This document shows positions 8,887-19,805 of a stretch of 61,909 nt of DNA, piece by piece. Each line of letters begins with the position of its first letter. Position 1 is the first letter of the stretch. The DNA is from a virus. Lineage: Duplodnaviria > Caudoviricetes. The stretch spans positions 1 through 61,909 of IMG/VR virus record IMGVR_UViG_3300007754_000342; one strand, written 5' to 3'. The notes under the pieces are model-generated. The model worked only from the letters and a program-made list of their open reading frames with translations. It ran no database searches and was not told the origin of the DNA. The position numbers were made by a program, and so were the translations under genes.

Positions 8887-11706
8887 ATGGCATTAGTAGA
8901 TTTAGTAAGTGATTTATCACAAGGAGCAGGACAACCAATTGGTTCACCATCTGGTAATAATATGGGGTCTGCTACTGCACCACAACCAGTAGATTTCTTT
9001 CCAAATATACATGCAACTGGATTCACAATGAATTTTGGAGGCCCACCAACATTATTTACTTTAAATGGTATACCAGAAGTGGTTGATACTAATCCAATAG
9101 GAAGACATACCGCTGGACAAGACGTTGGTTTATATGAACCAGTTACAATGTCTAATATATCAAGACCAGACATCATTCCTTTTAACTTATCAGATATAAG
9201 TACACACGAAAGACCAGAATTGATTGATTGGTTTAATATTACCACAGAAAATAGCCCAAATGCAGAAAGAAGTCCGAGACAACCATTTAACTTTCCAAGT
9301 TTAGAAACACCAAGTGCTTTTAATTCATATAATAGTAGTGGAACAATAGATACAGAATTATCAACCGAAGGACAATATGATAAGTTACCTTATAGAGATA
9401 ATAATGTAATAGGATTTGACCAACCTTTTATTATAAAGGATATTGGTAGTAAAGCAGGACTTGATGCTGTTAGTGGTATACCAGGAATTGGTATGGCTAG
9501 TGTTATGGTTGGTAGAACAATTGATGATGTTAAAAGGATAGGAAAATTTATATTTACACCACAAGGTATTACATTTGGAGTTAAACAATTTATATTTTAT
9601 AAATTAAATCCATTCCAACATACAAGAACTTGGAATCCATTGGGATTAGTATCAATTGTACCAATGGTACACGCAAGAAGTCATGGAACATTCAGTACTA
9701 CGTTGATAGAAGCTATGGATGGTGCTAAAGATTTAATTGGTGATTTGAAAAAGGTAGGTTCGGACGCTGGAAAGGGTGTTGGACAGGCCGCAGGAGCCGC
9801 TTTAGATTTTTTACAAGGAGCGGCTAAGAGTACTATTCATTTTGCAGGTGATGCTGCCCAATTTGGAAAAGAAGCGTTTACTGCTGGGTCGAAAACAATT
9901 GCACCAATACTTGAAAGATTTCGTACATACTTTCCACACAATGAACAAAGAGCTAAACTTGAAGCACCAAAAGAAACTTTACAAAATGAATCTAATGGAT
10001 TTAAAATTGATTGGACTAAGATTAAAACTACTACTAAGAATATATGGAGTAAAGGTAAAGATATAACAGTTACAATTGGTAAGGGTGCAATGAGTGTTGG
10101 TAAAAAAGCTTACGCTGGAGTTGGATGGGTAGGTGGTCATTTAAATGAGATGGATTGGGCTAGAGATGCACATCGTGGGCCACATACAAGATATCAAGAT
10201 TCATTATCTATTATTATGAGTGGTAAAGCTCAAGGGCCAGGTCTTGTATGGAAAAGTGTTGGTGATTTGGGTGAAGAACTAAATCAATCTGCACTTGGAA
10301 ATGAAGATTCTCAATTATTATTTTGGAGTAACCTATGGGGAACTGATATACAAACAGATGATTGGGAAAGTGGTGTTGGTACTAATATTGGTAAGTATCA
10401 TCATATGTCAATGTGGCCAGATAATAGAGAAGATGGTAATGGTATGTCTGTATTAATTGCTCGTGGTATGATATGGAAACACCATCCAAGTAGTGTTAGT
10501 GGTCAATCAAATCCCGTAGAAAGATTTCCTTCATTAGAAGTTAATCAAGCAAGGTATTTAAGTGTAGTTGATTCTAAACCTAATAGTATATCAGAATTTA
10601 ATATACCAAGTAGTGTTATAAAACCAGTAATTGATGAGGATGACCCACAAAGATTATTAATACCACAACCACCAAGTATTGTAAATGATAGAGACCCAAT
10701 TAGAAATTATGCTATGTCTTCGTATGGACAATTACCAGGCGAAACTAATCCAAGGGATGAGGTTATTTATGAAAAGACATTAAAGACACCAAGAGAAAAG
10801 AATGATGAGTCTTTTACAACACCAGATGGTGATACAGTTAAAATGGAAAATGAGTTACAAAAGAGAACAGATGCTAAAGCTATAATGTATACTCTTGGTG
10901 AACCTGGTAAACCAGGTATGAAACCAGTATGGGATGATACTCTTGGATTGATAAAGAAAGGTCATACAAATAAATATGCAAATGAGTTGACCGATAATGT
11001 TAATATGACACCATACGGACAAGATTCAGAGTCAGATTTTATTCCATTTAAATTTAAAGATTTAGTTAATAATAAATGGATTGTATTTAGAGCAACTCTT
11101 GAAGGTATAAGTGATGCTGTTACACCAAATTGGAATGAAACTCAATATATAGGTAGACCAGATAAAGTTTATACATATGGTGGTGCTGATAGAGCAATAG
11201 GATTCTCTTTTAAAGTATTTCCAAACACAAAACAAGAGATGATTCCATTGTGGGAAAAATTAAATTATTTAATGGGTCTTGGTTATCCGGCGTGGAAGAC
11301 TGTAGGAGACCAAGGTGGTAGATTAATGACACCACCATTTGTTGAATTGACAATAGGTAATCTTTATAAGAATACACCAGGTTTAATAGATAATATTAGT
11401 TTTACTATAGAAGATAGTGGTGGTTGGGATATAGATTTACTTGCAAGTCAAATAGAAAAAGTACAATTACCAAAATTTGTAACAGTACAAATCGGATTTA
11501 AGTTTATTGGTAATTATGCGTTATCAATGACAGGTAAACATTTTGATTTAGATTGGTTGGATGGTACTAAACCATATGAAACATTTTTAAACGACCCATC
11601 TACTAATGAAGAAGGCAACGAAGTTGTTAGAATAGGTGGTGTTGAGACCGTAGTTAATGATTTAGTAGCTGTACAAGGCCCAACAGATATTAGAAGGTCA
11701 TCATAA
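8887..11706 (+). CDS. Baseplate/tail-tube initiator-like structural protein
   Basis: C-terminal tube-like segment (FRATLEGISD..W.ETQYIGR.DKVYTYGG..R.I.FSFKV, PPFVELTIGNLY); synteny. Confidence 0.55.
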   Translation: MALVDLVSDLSQGAGQPIGSPSGNNMGSATAPQPVDFFPNIHATGFTMNFGGPPTLFTLNGIPEVVDTNPIGRHTAGQDVGLYEPVTMSNISRPDIIPFNLSDISTHERPELIDWFNITTENSPNAERSPRQPFNFPSLETPSAFNSYNSSGTIDTELSTEGQYDKLPYRDNNVIGFDQPFIIKDIGSKAGLDAVSGIPGIGMASVMVGRTIDDVKRIGKFIFTPQGITFGVKQFIFYKLNPFQHTRTWNPLGLVSIVPMVHARSHGTFSTTLIEAMDGAKDLIGDLKKVGSDAGKGVGQAAGAALDFLQGAAKSTIHFAGDAAQFGKEAFTAGSKTIAPILERFRTYFPHNEQRAKLEAPKETLQNESNGFKIDWTKIKTTTKNIWSKGKDITVTIGKGAMSVGKKAYAGVGWVGGHLNEMDWARDAHRGPHTRYQDSLSIIMSGKAQGPGLVWKSVGDLGEELNQSALGNEDSQLLFWSNLWGTDIQTDDWESGVGTNIGKYHHMSMWPDNREDGNGMSVLIARGMIWKHHPSSVSGQSNPVERFPSLEVNQARYLSVVDSKPNSISEFNIPSSVIKPVIDEDDPQRLLIPQPPSIVNDRDPIRNYAMSSYGQLPGETNPRDEVIYEKTLKTPREKNDESFTTPDGDTVKMENELQKRTDAKAIMYTLGEPGKPGMKPVWDDTLGLIKKGHTNKYANELTDNVNMTPYGQDSESDFIPFKFKDLVNNKWIVFRATLEGISDAVTPNWNETQYIGRPDKVYTYGGADRAIGFSFKVFPNTKQEMIPLWEKLNYLMGLGYPAWKTVGDQGGRLMTPPFVELTIGNLYKNTPGLIDNISFTIEDSGGWDIDLLASQIEKVQLPKFVTVQIGFKFIGNYALSMTGKHFDLDWLDGTKPYETFLNDPSTNEEGNEVVRIGGVETVVNDLVAVQGPTDIRRSS

Positions 11707-11999
11707 TGAATAGATACGAATTTACAAAAATTAAAAAAGATAAAAATGGTAGACGTAGTTACAAAATAACAAGGTATCCAGAAATTAGAATACAAGATAC
11801 TGATACTTTTCATTTCGCTAGAGACTTCGAGAGATTTGATTGGTTAGCTTATAAATACTATAAAGATTCATCTTTATGGTGGGTAATTGCTAAAGCTAAT
11901 GGTTATTCCCACGAATCAAGGCCAAAGATTGGTGAAAAGATTCGTATACCAAGAAATATAGCTAGTATATTAGACGATTTTAGAAAAATCAATAAATAA
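11706..11999 (+). CDS. LysM-like baseplate wedge protein (gp53/tail X-like)
   Basis: ERFDWLAYKYYKDSSLWWVIAKAN...G.KIRIP. Confidence 0.75.
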   Translation: MNRYEFTKIKKDKNGRRSYKITRYPEIRIQDTDTFHFARDFERFDWLAYKYYKDSSLWWVIAKANGYSHESRPKIGEKIRIPRNIASILDDFRKINK

Positions 12000-12007
12000 G
12001 GGTAAGT

Positions 12008-15000
12008 ATGTTAAACCTTTCGGAAATACATCCAGACGTTAGGAAAACACTACATAAAACAGAAAACGCTCTTGTAAGAGATGTTTCTGCGAATGTAGCA
12101 CAAGGTAGTGTTGGTACTGCTATAAAGGATACTTATGCTAAAGCACCTTGGGTGAGGATGTTTTCACCTATAAACTCTACACAACAATATGCTTATTATA
12201 CTAAAAAAGACGCACCACCAGAAAATGCAGAACGACATGGAAAATTATTACAAGTAGGTGATATTAAACTTGGTACAGATGGTAAAGGATATATGTTGGA
12301 AGACAATCCGCGTGGTGGTATGGATGGTGTTTGTATAGTAGGTGGTGAGTTGGTAAAAGACACTATTGATTCACCAGAAGATGCTTTAAAACTTAGAACA
12401 TTAAATGGGTTTTCAGAAATGTACGATAGAGTATTGTGGGATAAACAAGCATCTAACGAGTTAACATATGATACTGGTGGTAAAGTTAGAATAAATGAAG
12501 ATAGATTTAGACCATTACCAGGCATAACATCTGTTAGTGTTGAATTTGCTGGTGGTACAAAAGCTATACGAAATGCAACAATAAATTGGGTTTGTCATTC
12601 TTATTCTGATGTAGCAAGATTACAACCACATTTCTTAGGTCATGGTAAACCAATTATGTTGGAGTGGGGTTGGAGTTCTATAGAAGATTTTAATGCTATA
12701 CAATTTTTTAGTAAAGATGAAATTCAAAGTGGTGAAGCTTATAATACAATTCAATCAAGAATATGGGCTAATAAAGGTAAATATGATGCCATGGCAGGTC
12801 TTGTCAAAAACTTTGAATGGAAAACTCGTGATGATGGTGGTTTTGATTGTACAACAGAAGTAACTTCCTTGGGTGTAAATACTTTAGGACAACAAACAAA
12901 AAGTGAAGTAGCTCCATCCACAGACCCAGAAGAAAAAACTACTGAAGAAAAAGAAAAAGAGGGTGGAAGTACAATTGGTGGATATACACCAACATTAGAA
13001 GAATTTGTAGAACAATTAGATGATGAGATTGTTGGGTTATGTATGGAACCTGGTGTAATTTTTGGTAATGCTTGGAAAAGTGTAAGACCAATTACAGACC
13101 AACCACCTGGAATAATGAAAACCATATTAACCGATGGAATCAATAGAACAGTGGGGCCTTATGTATCTTGGGGTTGGATGGAAGATAATATTATAAGTAA
13201 ATTTTTAGGTAAGGTAAATACTGATGGTAGGTTATTTTCTACATTTAGAAGTGTTATACCAGTAATGGAAAATGGTAAACCAAAAGAAATTGGTGATGAA
13301 GGTGGAGAAGAGTCTTGGAGATGGGAATCGGTGAGAATTTGTAATCATGAAGGTTTACTTACTTCTAATCCAGATAGATTTATATTTAAAGGACAATGGG
13401 TTACAGCAAATAATATTGATATAAGTAAAGATTATGATACAGAAAAAATAACTCAAATGGTTAAGGATTTTGAAGATGCAGGTGATGGTAAAAGTTTTGA
13501 TAATTTTGCTTGTCCAGATAATCCAGAAGAAGGATTTTTAAGAAATGTTATAATACACTGGGAAGAAATAAAAGAATCCTTTATAGGTGTAACTTCTATA
13601 GAAAGTGGTATGCAAAATTTATTTAATAGAATGAATGAAGATTATGGTATTTGGAAACTAAAAGTTACTGATGCAACATTACCATCAACAAAACATGGTG
13701 CTGGTAGAGTTATGGTGATTGATGAAAACCATAGTGAAAATACGGTAGAAAATTTATTAGAGACTACAACGGGCGTGAGTAAATTAGTTGATGGAAAAGT
13801 AGAAGGTAAGTTGTTTGTATTCAATGTAATGAATGAAAAGAGTATTGTAAAGGGCCATTCATTAACAGCTAAACTACCAAGTTCAATGCAAACTGCGGCT
13901 ATGTTTGGAGCGAATAATAAAGGAAATGCTCCAGCTGTTGCTGGTAATCCATCGTCTATTAGGTATGGTAAAGCTGTAGGTAAACATCCAGACCAATCTA
14001 TTGGTGATATGAAGATGGCGTGGCAATATGGTTCATTTGGTTATAATGGAGACCGAGATAGTATTGACAATATCATATCTGATGCAAATTCACCACTAAG
14101 TGTTAATGGTGGGCCACCATTATTAATAACAGCTAAAGCTAATGCAGAAAGTACGGATGTTACTACTGATGATAATGCTAATAAAGCTAGAGATGAGGCA
14201 TTAGAAGAAGAAAAAAACAAACTTGCACAAGAGAAAGAATTTCAAACCAATATTGATAAAATTAAAAATAATGAAACAATATCAACCTCCAAACATGATG
14301 ATAAAAAAATGTATAATGATAAAGGATACTTAAAAGACGAAGGCGAATATAAGTGGAAAAGTATAATGAGAAAGATGATAACAACTGGTCCAACTGGTGT
14401 TTATAATGTTAGACCATTACTTATTCCATTGGAGATAGAAATACAAGTTACTGGAATAGGTGGTATAGTTCCTGGTAATGCGTTTACTACAAGTTATTTA
14501 CCACCAGAATATGATGGTTGGGTTGCATTTCAAGCTACAGATATATCACATTCCATAGGAACTGATGGTTGGACTACAACTATTAGAGGACTTATGAGAA
14601 TGGCAGAACATGGGCCTACGGTGATAAAAGGTGATGAGATTACTATTGTAAAAAAAGAAGGACATGCTAAAATTGCACAAAATGTTAATCTTGATGAAAC
14701 TGGTACAGTTGACCCACCAACAACTGATGAAGTTACTGAAGCGGAACATAGAGAACTTGAAACAGAAGAAGCTGCAGAATCTTTTGATAACAATAATCAA
14801 GTACCACGACCTAAGATTCCAATACCATCAGAAGAAGAAGATATATTAGATGATTTACCAATAGATGAAGATTGGATGGATGAAGAATTAAAAGTTGATG
14901 AAAGATTAGCACGTGGTGATATAAAACCAACAGAACCACCACCAGTAAGACCTAAAATTGAAATACCAAGTGCAGATGAAGATATAGAGGGGGATGTTGA

Positions 15001-15334
15001 TGAGGGTGATACCAGCTTTGATGAGTTTGAAGATTTTTCAGATTTACCAGAACCACCACCACCAGCTGTTGAAGACCCATCTATACCACCAACTTATGAT
15101 AGTTGGAGAATCGATGCGGTAAAAGAGGGTGAATATACTACGGAGATGTGGACAGTAACATATGAAGCCGTTCAATATAAAACATTTACGGATGGGAGTG
15201 TTAGAGAAACAAATAGAGGTCAAGCGTCAATCAAAAAGAAAGACCGAGAATCTGCTGACCGAACTGCAGACCAAGCCGCTCTTGGAACTGTAGGACATTG
15301 GCGTTGGACTACAACAGGTAAATCTAAGATATAA
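12008..15334 (+). CDS. Large baseplate hub-like structural protein with acidic/Pro-rich C-terminal extension
   Basis: RPLPGITSVSV, LEWGWS, GGFDCTT, GIGGIVPGNAF, ISHSI...GWTTTI motifs; position after the LysM gene. Confidence 0.55.
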   Translation: MLNLSEIHPDVRKTLHKTENALVRDVSANVAQGSVGTAIKDTYAKAPWVRMFSPINSTQQYAYYTKKDAPPENAERHGKLLQVGDIKLGTDGKGYMLEDNPRGGMDGVCIVGGELVKDTIDSPEDALKLRTLNGFSEMYDRVLWDKQASNELTYDTGGKVRINEDRFRPLPGITSVSVEFAGGTKAIRNATINWVCHSYSDVARLQPHFLGHGKPIMLEWGWSSIEDFNAIQFFSKDEIQSGEAYNTIQSRIWANKGKYDAMAGLVKNFEWKTRDDGGFDCTTEVTSLGVNTLGQQTKSEVAPSTDPEEKTTEEKEKEGGSTIGGYTPTLEEFVEQLDDEIVGLCMEPGVIFGNAWKSVRPITDQPPGIMKTILTDGINRTVGPYVSWGWMEDNIISKFLGKVNTDGRLFSTFRSVIPVMENGKPKEIGDEGGEESWRWESVRICNHEGLLTSNPDRFIFKGQWVTANNIDISKDYDTEKITQMVKDFEDAGDGKSFDNFACPDNPEEGFLRNVIIHWEEIKESFIGVTSIESGMQNLFNRMNEDYGIWKLKVTDATLPSTKHGAGRVMVIDENHSENTVENLLETTTGVSKLVDGKVEGKLFVFNVMNEKSIVKGHSLTAKLPSSMQTAAMFGANNKGNAPAVAGNPSSIRYGKAVGKHPDQSIGDMKMAWQYGSFGYNGDRDSIDNIISDANSPLSVNGGPPLLITAKANAESTDVTTDDNANKARDEALEEEKNKLAQEKEFQTNIDKIKNNETISTSKHDDKKMYNDKGYLKDEGEYKWKSIMRKMITTGPTGVYNVRPLLIPLEIEIQVTGIGGIVPGNAFTTSYLPPEYDGWVAFQATDISHSIGTDGWTTTIRGLMRMAEHGPTVIKGDEITIVKKEGHAKIAQNVNLDETGTVDPPTTDEVTEAEHRELETEEAAESFDNNNQVPRPKIPIPSEEEDILDDLPIDEDWMDEELKVDERLARGDIKPTEPPPVRPKIEIPSADEDIEGDVDEGDTSFDEFEDFSDLPEPPPPAVEDPSIPPTYDSWRIDAVKEGEYTTEMWTVTYEAVQYKTFTDGSVRETNRGQASIKKKDRESADRTADQAALGTVGHWRWTTTGKSKI

Positions 15335-15339
15335 TAATT

Positions 15340-15966
15340 ATGCCTAAATCAACTGGATTATTAAAAAAATTAAATAGAACTGCTAATAGAATAGAAACTA
15401 TGGCAGGTAAGACTGGTGTAAATGCATTTAAATATATTGATAAAGCGTGGGTTAGTCCAAATATACCATATCACATATATTATATGCCTGATGGAAGAGA
15501 GATTTATGCAACTGAAATGGAATTTAATGAATTTAAATCTGAAGTGATTGTGAGACACAAAGGTGAAACAGACTACAAAAGATATCAGAAAACTTTACAA
15601 AAGAGTGATAGATATGTTCCAGTTAGTCATAAACCAAGTGCTAAAAAATCTGATATTAAGAAAGGTTTTATGGAACGTTGTTTTGTAAAACCAGCTTCTA
15701 CTGAAAATGCGTTAGTTACTGAAGTTGACCCTGTAGGATTTAAGGGTATACCAGACACATATAAGAAAATTAAAATTAGATGGCAAATAAAAGGTAAACG
15801 TGATGATGTTTCTTCTAAAAATATAAATCAAATACAAAAAGCTGATAGAATAGTACCAGGTGTTTCTGAGTTACCTATATCAGCGTTGGATGAATATAGA
15901 ATTTCAACAAAAGAAGAAAAAAAGTATCTTTTAGAAAAAAAGCTTGAACGTATGAACAAATACTAA
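15340..15966 (+). CDS. Hypothetical protein (end of tail operon)
   Basis: 208-aa ORF closely coupled to the upstream gene. Confidence 0.7.
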   Translation: MPKSTGLLKKLNRTANRIETMAGKTGVNAFKYIDKAWVSPNIPYHIYYMPDGREIYATEMEFNEFKSEVIVRHKGETDYKRYQKTLQKSDRYVPVSHKPSAKKSDIKKGFMERCFVKPASTENALVTEVDPVGFKGIPDTYKKIKIRWQIKGKRDDVSSKNINQIQKADRIVPGVSELPISALDEYRISTKEEKKYLLEKKLERMNKY

Positions 15967-15975
15967 ACTATTTAT
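15949..15975 (+). promoter_or_regulatory. Putative class B promoter (CGTAT-N14-CTATTTAT) upstream of thyX
   Basis: Motif recurrence, preceded by AAAAAAGCTTGAA. Confidence 0.5.
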
Positions 15976-15995
15976 TTCTAAATAAAGGTTATATT

Positions 15996-16697
15996 ATGTT
16001 AAAGTCAAAAGTCTTAGATAAAGGTTTTATTGAGGTTGTAGATTCACTTGGCACAGACTTAACAGTAGTTAATTCTGCTCGTGTATCATTCGGTAAGAGA
16101 AAAGAGAAATTCGATAAGTCAGATGAACGATTGGTTCGTTATCTTGCTAAACACAAACACTACTCACCATTTAGACATTTACAAGTTCAGTTCCATATAA
16201 AGGCACCTGAGTTTGTAATGAGACAAGCATATAAGCATGTAGTTGGTATTGAAACTACATCTAATAGTTCAACAAAAGACCACGCTTGGAATGAGATTAG
16301 TGGTAGATATGTTCCAGTTGAAGATTTTTATATGCCTGAAGTATGGAGAAAACAATCTCAAGATAACAAACAAGCATCAGAAGGGGAATTGGACTATGAC
16401 GGACAAGAAACTGCAAGTTCATTATATAGAACAGGTATAAATGAAACAAAAAGAATTTACGAAGAACTTGTTAATCTTGGAGTTGCTAAAGAACAAGCAA
16501 GAATCATATTACCATTGAACCAATACACAGAAGTTTATTGGACAGCGTCATTTCAAGCTGTTATGAATTTTATTGAACTAAGAAATGAAAAAACTGCACA
16601 GATAGAAATACAAGAGTACGCTAAGGTATTGTTAAATCAGATGAAAGAAGTATTTCCAAAAACAACTAAATTGTGGTGTGAGGCACATAATTGGTAA
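15996..16697 (+). CDS. thyX: Flavin-dependent thymidylate synthase
   Basis: VNSARVSF, H.SPF, NEISGRY, EQAR.ILP, NFIELR, AQ.EIQEYA. Confidence 0.95.
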   Translation: MLKSKVLDKGFIEVVDSLGTDLTVVNSARVSFGKRKEKFDKSDERLVRYLAKHKHYSPFRHLQVQFHIKAPEFVMRQAYKHVVGIETTSNSSTKDHAWNEISGRYVPVEDFYMPEVWRKQSQDNKQASEGELDYDGQETASSLYRTGINETKRIYEELVNLGVAKEQARIILPLNQYTEVYWTASFQAVMNFIELRNEKTAQIEIQEYAKVLLNQMKEVFPKTTKLWCEAHNW

Positions 16698-17989
16698 TAG
16701 TAGAATCCACAAGGGAGTGGGAAAAATTTATAACAAAGTTTAAGATGGAAGATTCGGTTGTATTACCGATACAATGTGATGATAAACTACACCCATCTGA
16801 ATCAAAATTATGTTTGTTATATATTAGGTTATTAAATGATAATACAGATGAATATGTATTACCATTTAGACATTCTGATGCTCTAAATTTAAATTTGAAG
16901 TATATAAAGAAGACTAATACTTCAAAAAATATTTATACCTACGATAAGAAAAAATTATTACATCTTGTTGAGTGGGAAAATGTATTTGATTTACAAATGA
17001 TGCATTATTTACGTAAAAATGAACCACTTTTAATTGAGGATGTAACCACCAATTCACACAATCATTTCAATACATACTATCGTAACTTTGATAATGTTAA
17101 TTCTATTATACCAATACTAAAACACGTTGAGTGGTGTAGAGAAGTTATTGATAGAATAAAAGTATCTGCTCTTGGTAAACAACCATCTTGTTATGAGACT
17201 TATAATTTTGATGTATTAGAAAGTTTACAATATATAGAACAACATGGTTTAATGACTAAAGAGGGATTAGTTTATTCAGAGTATAATCCATATACAACAA
17301 CTGGAAGACCATCTAATAGATTTGGTGGTACTAATTTTGCAGCGTTAAATAAAACTGATGGTAGTAGAGAAAAATATATTAGTAGATTTGATGATGGTAT
17401 GTTGGTTGAGATGGATTATGACGCATATCATTTAAGGTTGATTGGTGATGTAGTTGATTATAAATTTCCTAATGGTTCAGTACATAAACACATGGCAAAG
17501 TTTTATGGGTGTGATTATGAAGAAAGTAAAAAACTATCATTTCAATATTTGTATGGTCATATTCCAATAGAAGTTGTTCAGATTAATCCATTTTTTGGTA
17601 AAGTTCATGATTATATAGAAAAGACTTGGAAGACCTATAAAGATGAAGCTTTTATAACAAGTGATATTTATAATAAGAGAATATATAGAGATAATCTATC
17701 CGAAATGAATAAGAATAAAGTATTTAATTACCTTATTCAGTTGATGGAGACAGAGAACAATATGAAAGTTCTTGCGGAACTGATTCCAAAGATTGAAGAT
17801 TATGAAAGCAAGTTAGTTCTTTATAGTTATGATTCATTTCTATTTGACTTTAAAATTAGTGACGGGTTGGGGTTTATTGGTATGGTAAAGGACATTTTAG
17901 AACAAGGTGGTATGTACCCAGTGAAAATCGCAAAGGGGCAAAACTATCATAAAATGGAAAATATAACGGACAAATTTAATGAAAATTAA
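16691..17989 (+). CDS. Shortened family-A DNA polymerase-like protein
   Basis: TTTGRPS, motif A-like EMDYDAYHLRLI, motif B-like KKLSFQYLYG, NY.IQ..ETE, motif C-like YSYDSFLFD. Confidence 0.8.
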   Translation: MVIVESTREWEKFITKFKMEDSVVLPIQCDDKLHPSESKLCLLYIRLLNDNTDEYVLPFRHSDALNLNLKYIKKTNTSKNIYTYDKKKLLHLVEWENVFDLQMMHYLRKNEPLLIEDVTTNSHNHFNTYYRNFDNVNSIIPILKHVEWCREVIDRIKVSALGKQPSCYETYNFDVLESLQYIEQHGLMTKEGLVYSEYNPYTTTGRPSNRFGGTNFAALNKTDGSREKYISRFDDGMLVEMDYDAYHLRLIGDVVDYKFPNGSVHKHMAKFYGCDYEESKKLSFQYLYGHIPIEVVQINPFFGKVHDYIEKTWKTYKDEAFITSDIYNKRIYRDNLSEMNKNKVFNYLIQLMETENNMKVLAELIPKIEDYESKLVLYSYDSFLFDFKISDGLGFIGMVKDILEQGGMYPVKIAKGQNYHKMENITDKFNEN

Positions 17990-19805
17990 TTACGACAAAT
18001 TAGTAAAAGAGTGGTCGAATAGGATGAGTGGTAGGGCACCAATCTATACTAACAGATATCATAGAACAGTTTTACGTGAAGTAATGAAAGATTTTGGTTA
18101 TTCGTTAGAATTAATAGATGGGGTTCAACCAATTTTTATACCAAATGTTATATTAAATGAGGGTAGTAATCAAGATGCGTCATTAAATACGGCTATGATG
18201 GAAACTGCGGCTTTAATAGGAACAACTGGTGTATCACAACAACCATTTATTGATTTATTAGAATCACCAAAAGTATTTAATAAAATTAAAATCACAAAGA
18301 AAGACGATATAAATGATTTTAAAAAACAATGTAAATCTATAATAGATTTATGTGATAAAGCTAAAAAAGAGTTATTAAAAGGATTAGGAAAAGCTGGTGA
18401 TTGGAATTCGGCCGGAGTAGGTTTGATAAAAGGTTTTACATTACCTGAATTAAAAATGGAAGATGGTGTTCCTAATTTTTATGAAAATAATTTACAAGAT
18501 ATTGCTGTAGCTGGTGGTTTAGCGTGGGGAATGTTAGTATTTGTAGCCGAGAAGGTTAGTTTTAAACCTAATTTTATTCATGATAAGATTATGGATTTTT
18601 ATAAAGCAGAAGTAAATAGAGGTATTACAAGAAAAGGTGCTAAAACTGCTACACCAGACGCTATATTATCAAATGTAGATGCTAGTACATTATTAAAAGC
18701 ATTAAAAGATGATACAAATGAAATTGTAGGAAATGAATCAGATGGAACGGTAAAATTGGGAGATAAAATAATTTATATGCAAGCATCTCTTAAAAAAGGT
18801 GTTGGAAGTTCCCAAATTGGTAAATTTTCTAAAAAGTTGAGGGGTACATATAGTCTTGGAATGAGTAACAAAGAAGCTTCAAATTATTTATTATCACACT
18901 ATGAACCTAATGAAATTGAGCAAATGATTTATGAGGGTTTATGGGATAAGGTAAAAAGTTTTACTTCTTCTATTTTTACTAAAGCAAAGAATTTGGTCAA
19001 TAGTGGATTATCAAAACTTAAAGGTTTCTTTTCTAAATCATTTAATGATGGAGCAACAATAAAAGCAAAAACTATTAATAAATTAACAAGTGGTTACACA
19101 ATTAAAGAGTGGACAGAAGACGATGTTAATTTGTTAATGGAAGGTGATATGAATGCTCCTACGAGAGCTACTGTAAAAGCTATATATAATAGTCCAGCAA
19201 AAGCGTATTCTAATTTGGCTAAAGAAGTTGGTGTTGTAAAAAAGAAACTAAATAATATTGGTGATTTGGGTTATGGTGTAATAAAAGAATTGGGGAAATT
19301 AAAGAAGATACCTGCGGTTAAAGGTGATAAAGAACCAGGTACTAAAGTTGTTTTTAATTTAATAGCTAATATGGCCACATTAGAAATGGTTGGAGATTTA
19401 ACAAGTAAAAGTTCTAAATTAAAAAAGATAATTGCAGATTTAATTACTGAAATGTTGTTTGGAGCTACTAATCAACCACTTTGGAAAGTATATGGTAAGA
19501 TGGAAACTGGTGATAAAGCATATTCTTATTTAGGTACAGCGGAAACGGTAGAGAAAAGATTTGATGGAGATGATATTAATATTGAGTTAATTGGTATTGA
19601 TATACATCCACAAAGTGAGCAGAATCCTAAGAACGTTTATTATGTAATTACTTGTTATTTATTACAAGAAATAGCCGAAGCTGGTAAATTTTATGTTAAG
19701 GTAAGAACTGGTACTAATTCATCAAGTCGTATAACTCAAAATTATGAAGGTCAGGCTATTATAGGGGCTTTTGATATTGATAAAAAATTAAAAGATATTA
19801 TCTAA
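17979..19805 (+). CDS. Hypothetical protein, possible PD-(D/E)XK-like domain
   Basis: 608 aa; TPDAIL...YMQASLKK resembles a nuclease core (weak). Confidence 0.6.
   Translation: MKINYDKLVKEWSNRMSGRAPIYTNRYHRTVLREVMKDFGYSLELIDGVQPIFIPNVILNEGSNQDASLNTAMMETAALIGTTGVSQQPFIDLLESPKVFNKIKITKKDDINDFKKQCKSIIDLCDKAKKELLKGLGKAGDWNSAGVGLIKGFTLPELKMEDGVPNFYENNLQDIAVAGGLAWGMLVFVAEKVSFKPNFIHDKIMDFYKAEVNRGITRKGAKTATPDAILSNVDASTLLKALKDDTNEIVGNESDGTVKLGDKIIYMQASLKKGVGSSQIGKFSKKLRGTYSLGMSNKEASNYLLSHYEPNEIEQMIYEGLWDKVKSFTSSIFTKAKNLVNSGLSKLKGFFSKSFNDGATIKAKTINKLTSGYTIKEWTEDDVNLLMEGDMNAPTRATVKAIYNSPAKAYSNLAKEVGVVKKKLNNIGDLGYGVIKELGKLKKIPAVKGDKEPGTKVVFNLIANMATLEMVGDLTSKSSKLKKIIADLITEMLFGATNQPLWKVYGKMETGDKAYSYLGTAETVEKRFDGDDINIELIGIDIHPQSEQNPKNVYYVITCYLLQEIAEAGKFYVKVRTGTNSSSRITQNYEGQAIIGAFDIDKKLKDII

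Noticed and set aside
7772-8950. 392-aa minus-strand ORF
   Set aside because: Antisense to the Ala/Gly-rich tape measure, with mirror-image composition and no recognisable motifs. The other minus-strand ORFs in the track are rejected for the same reason.
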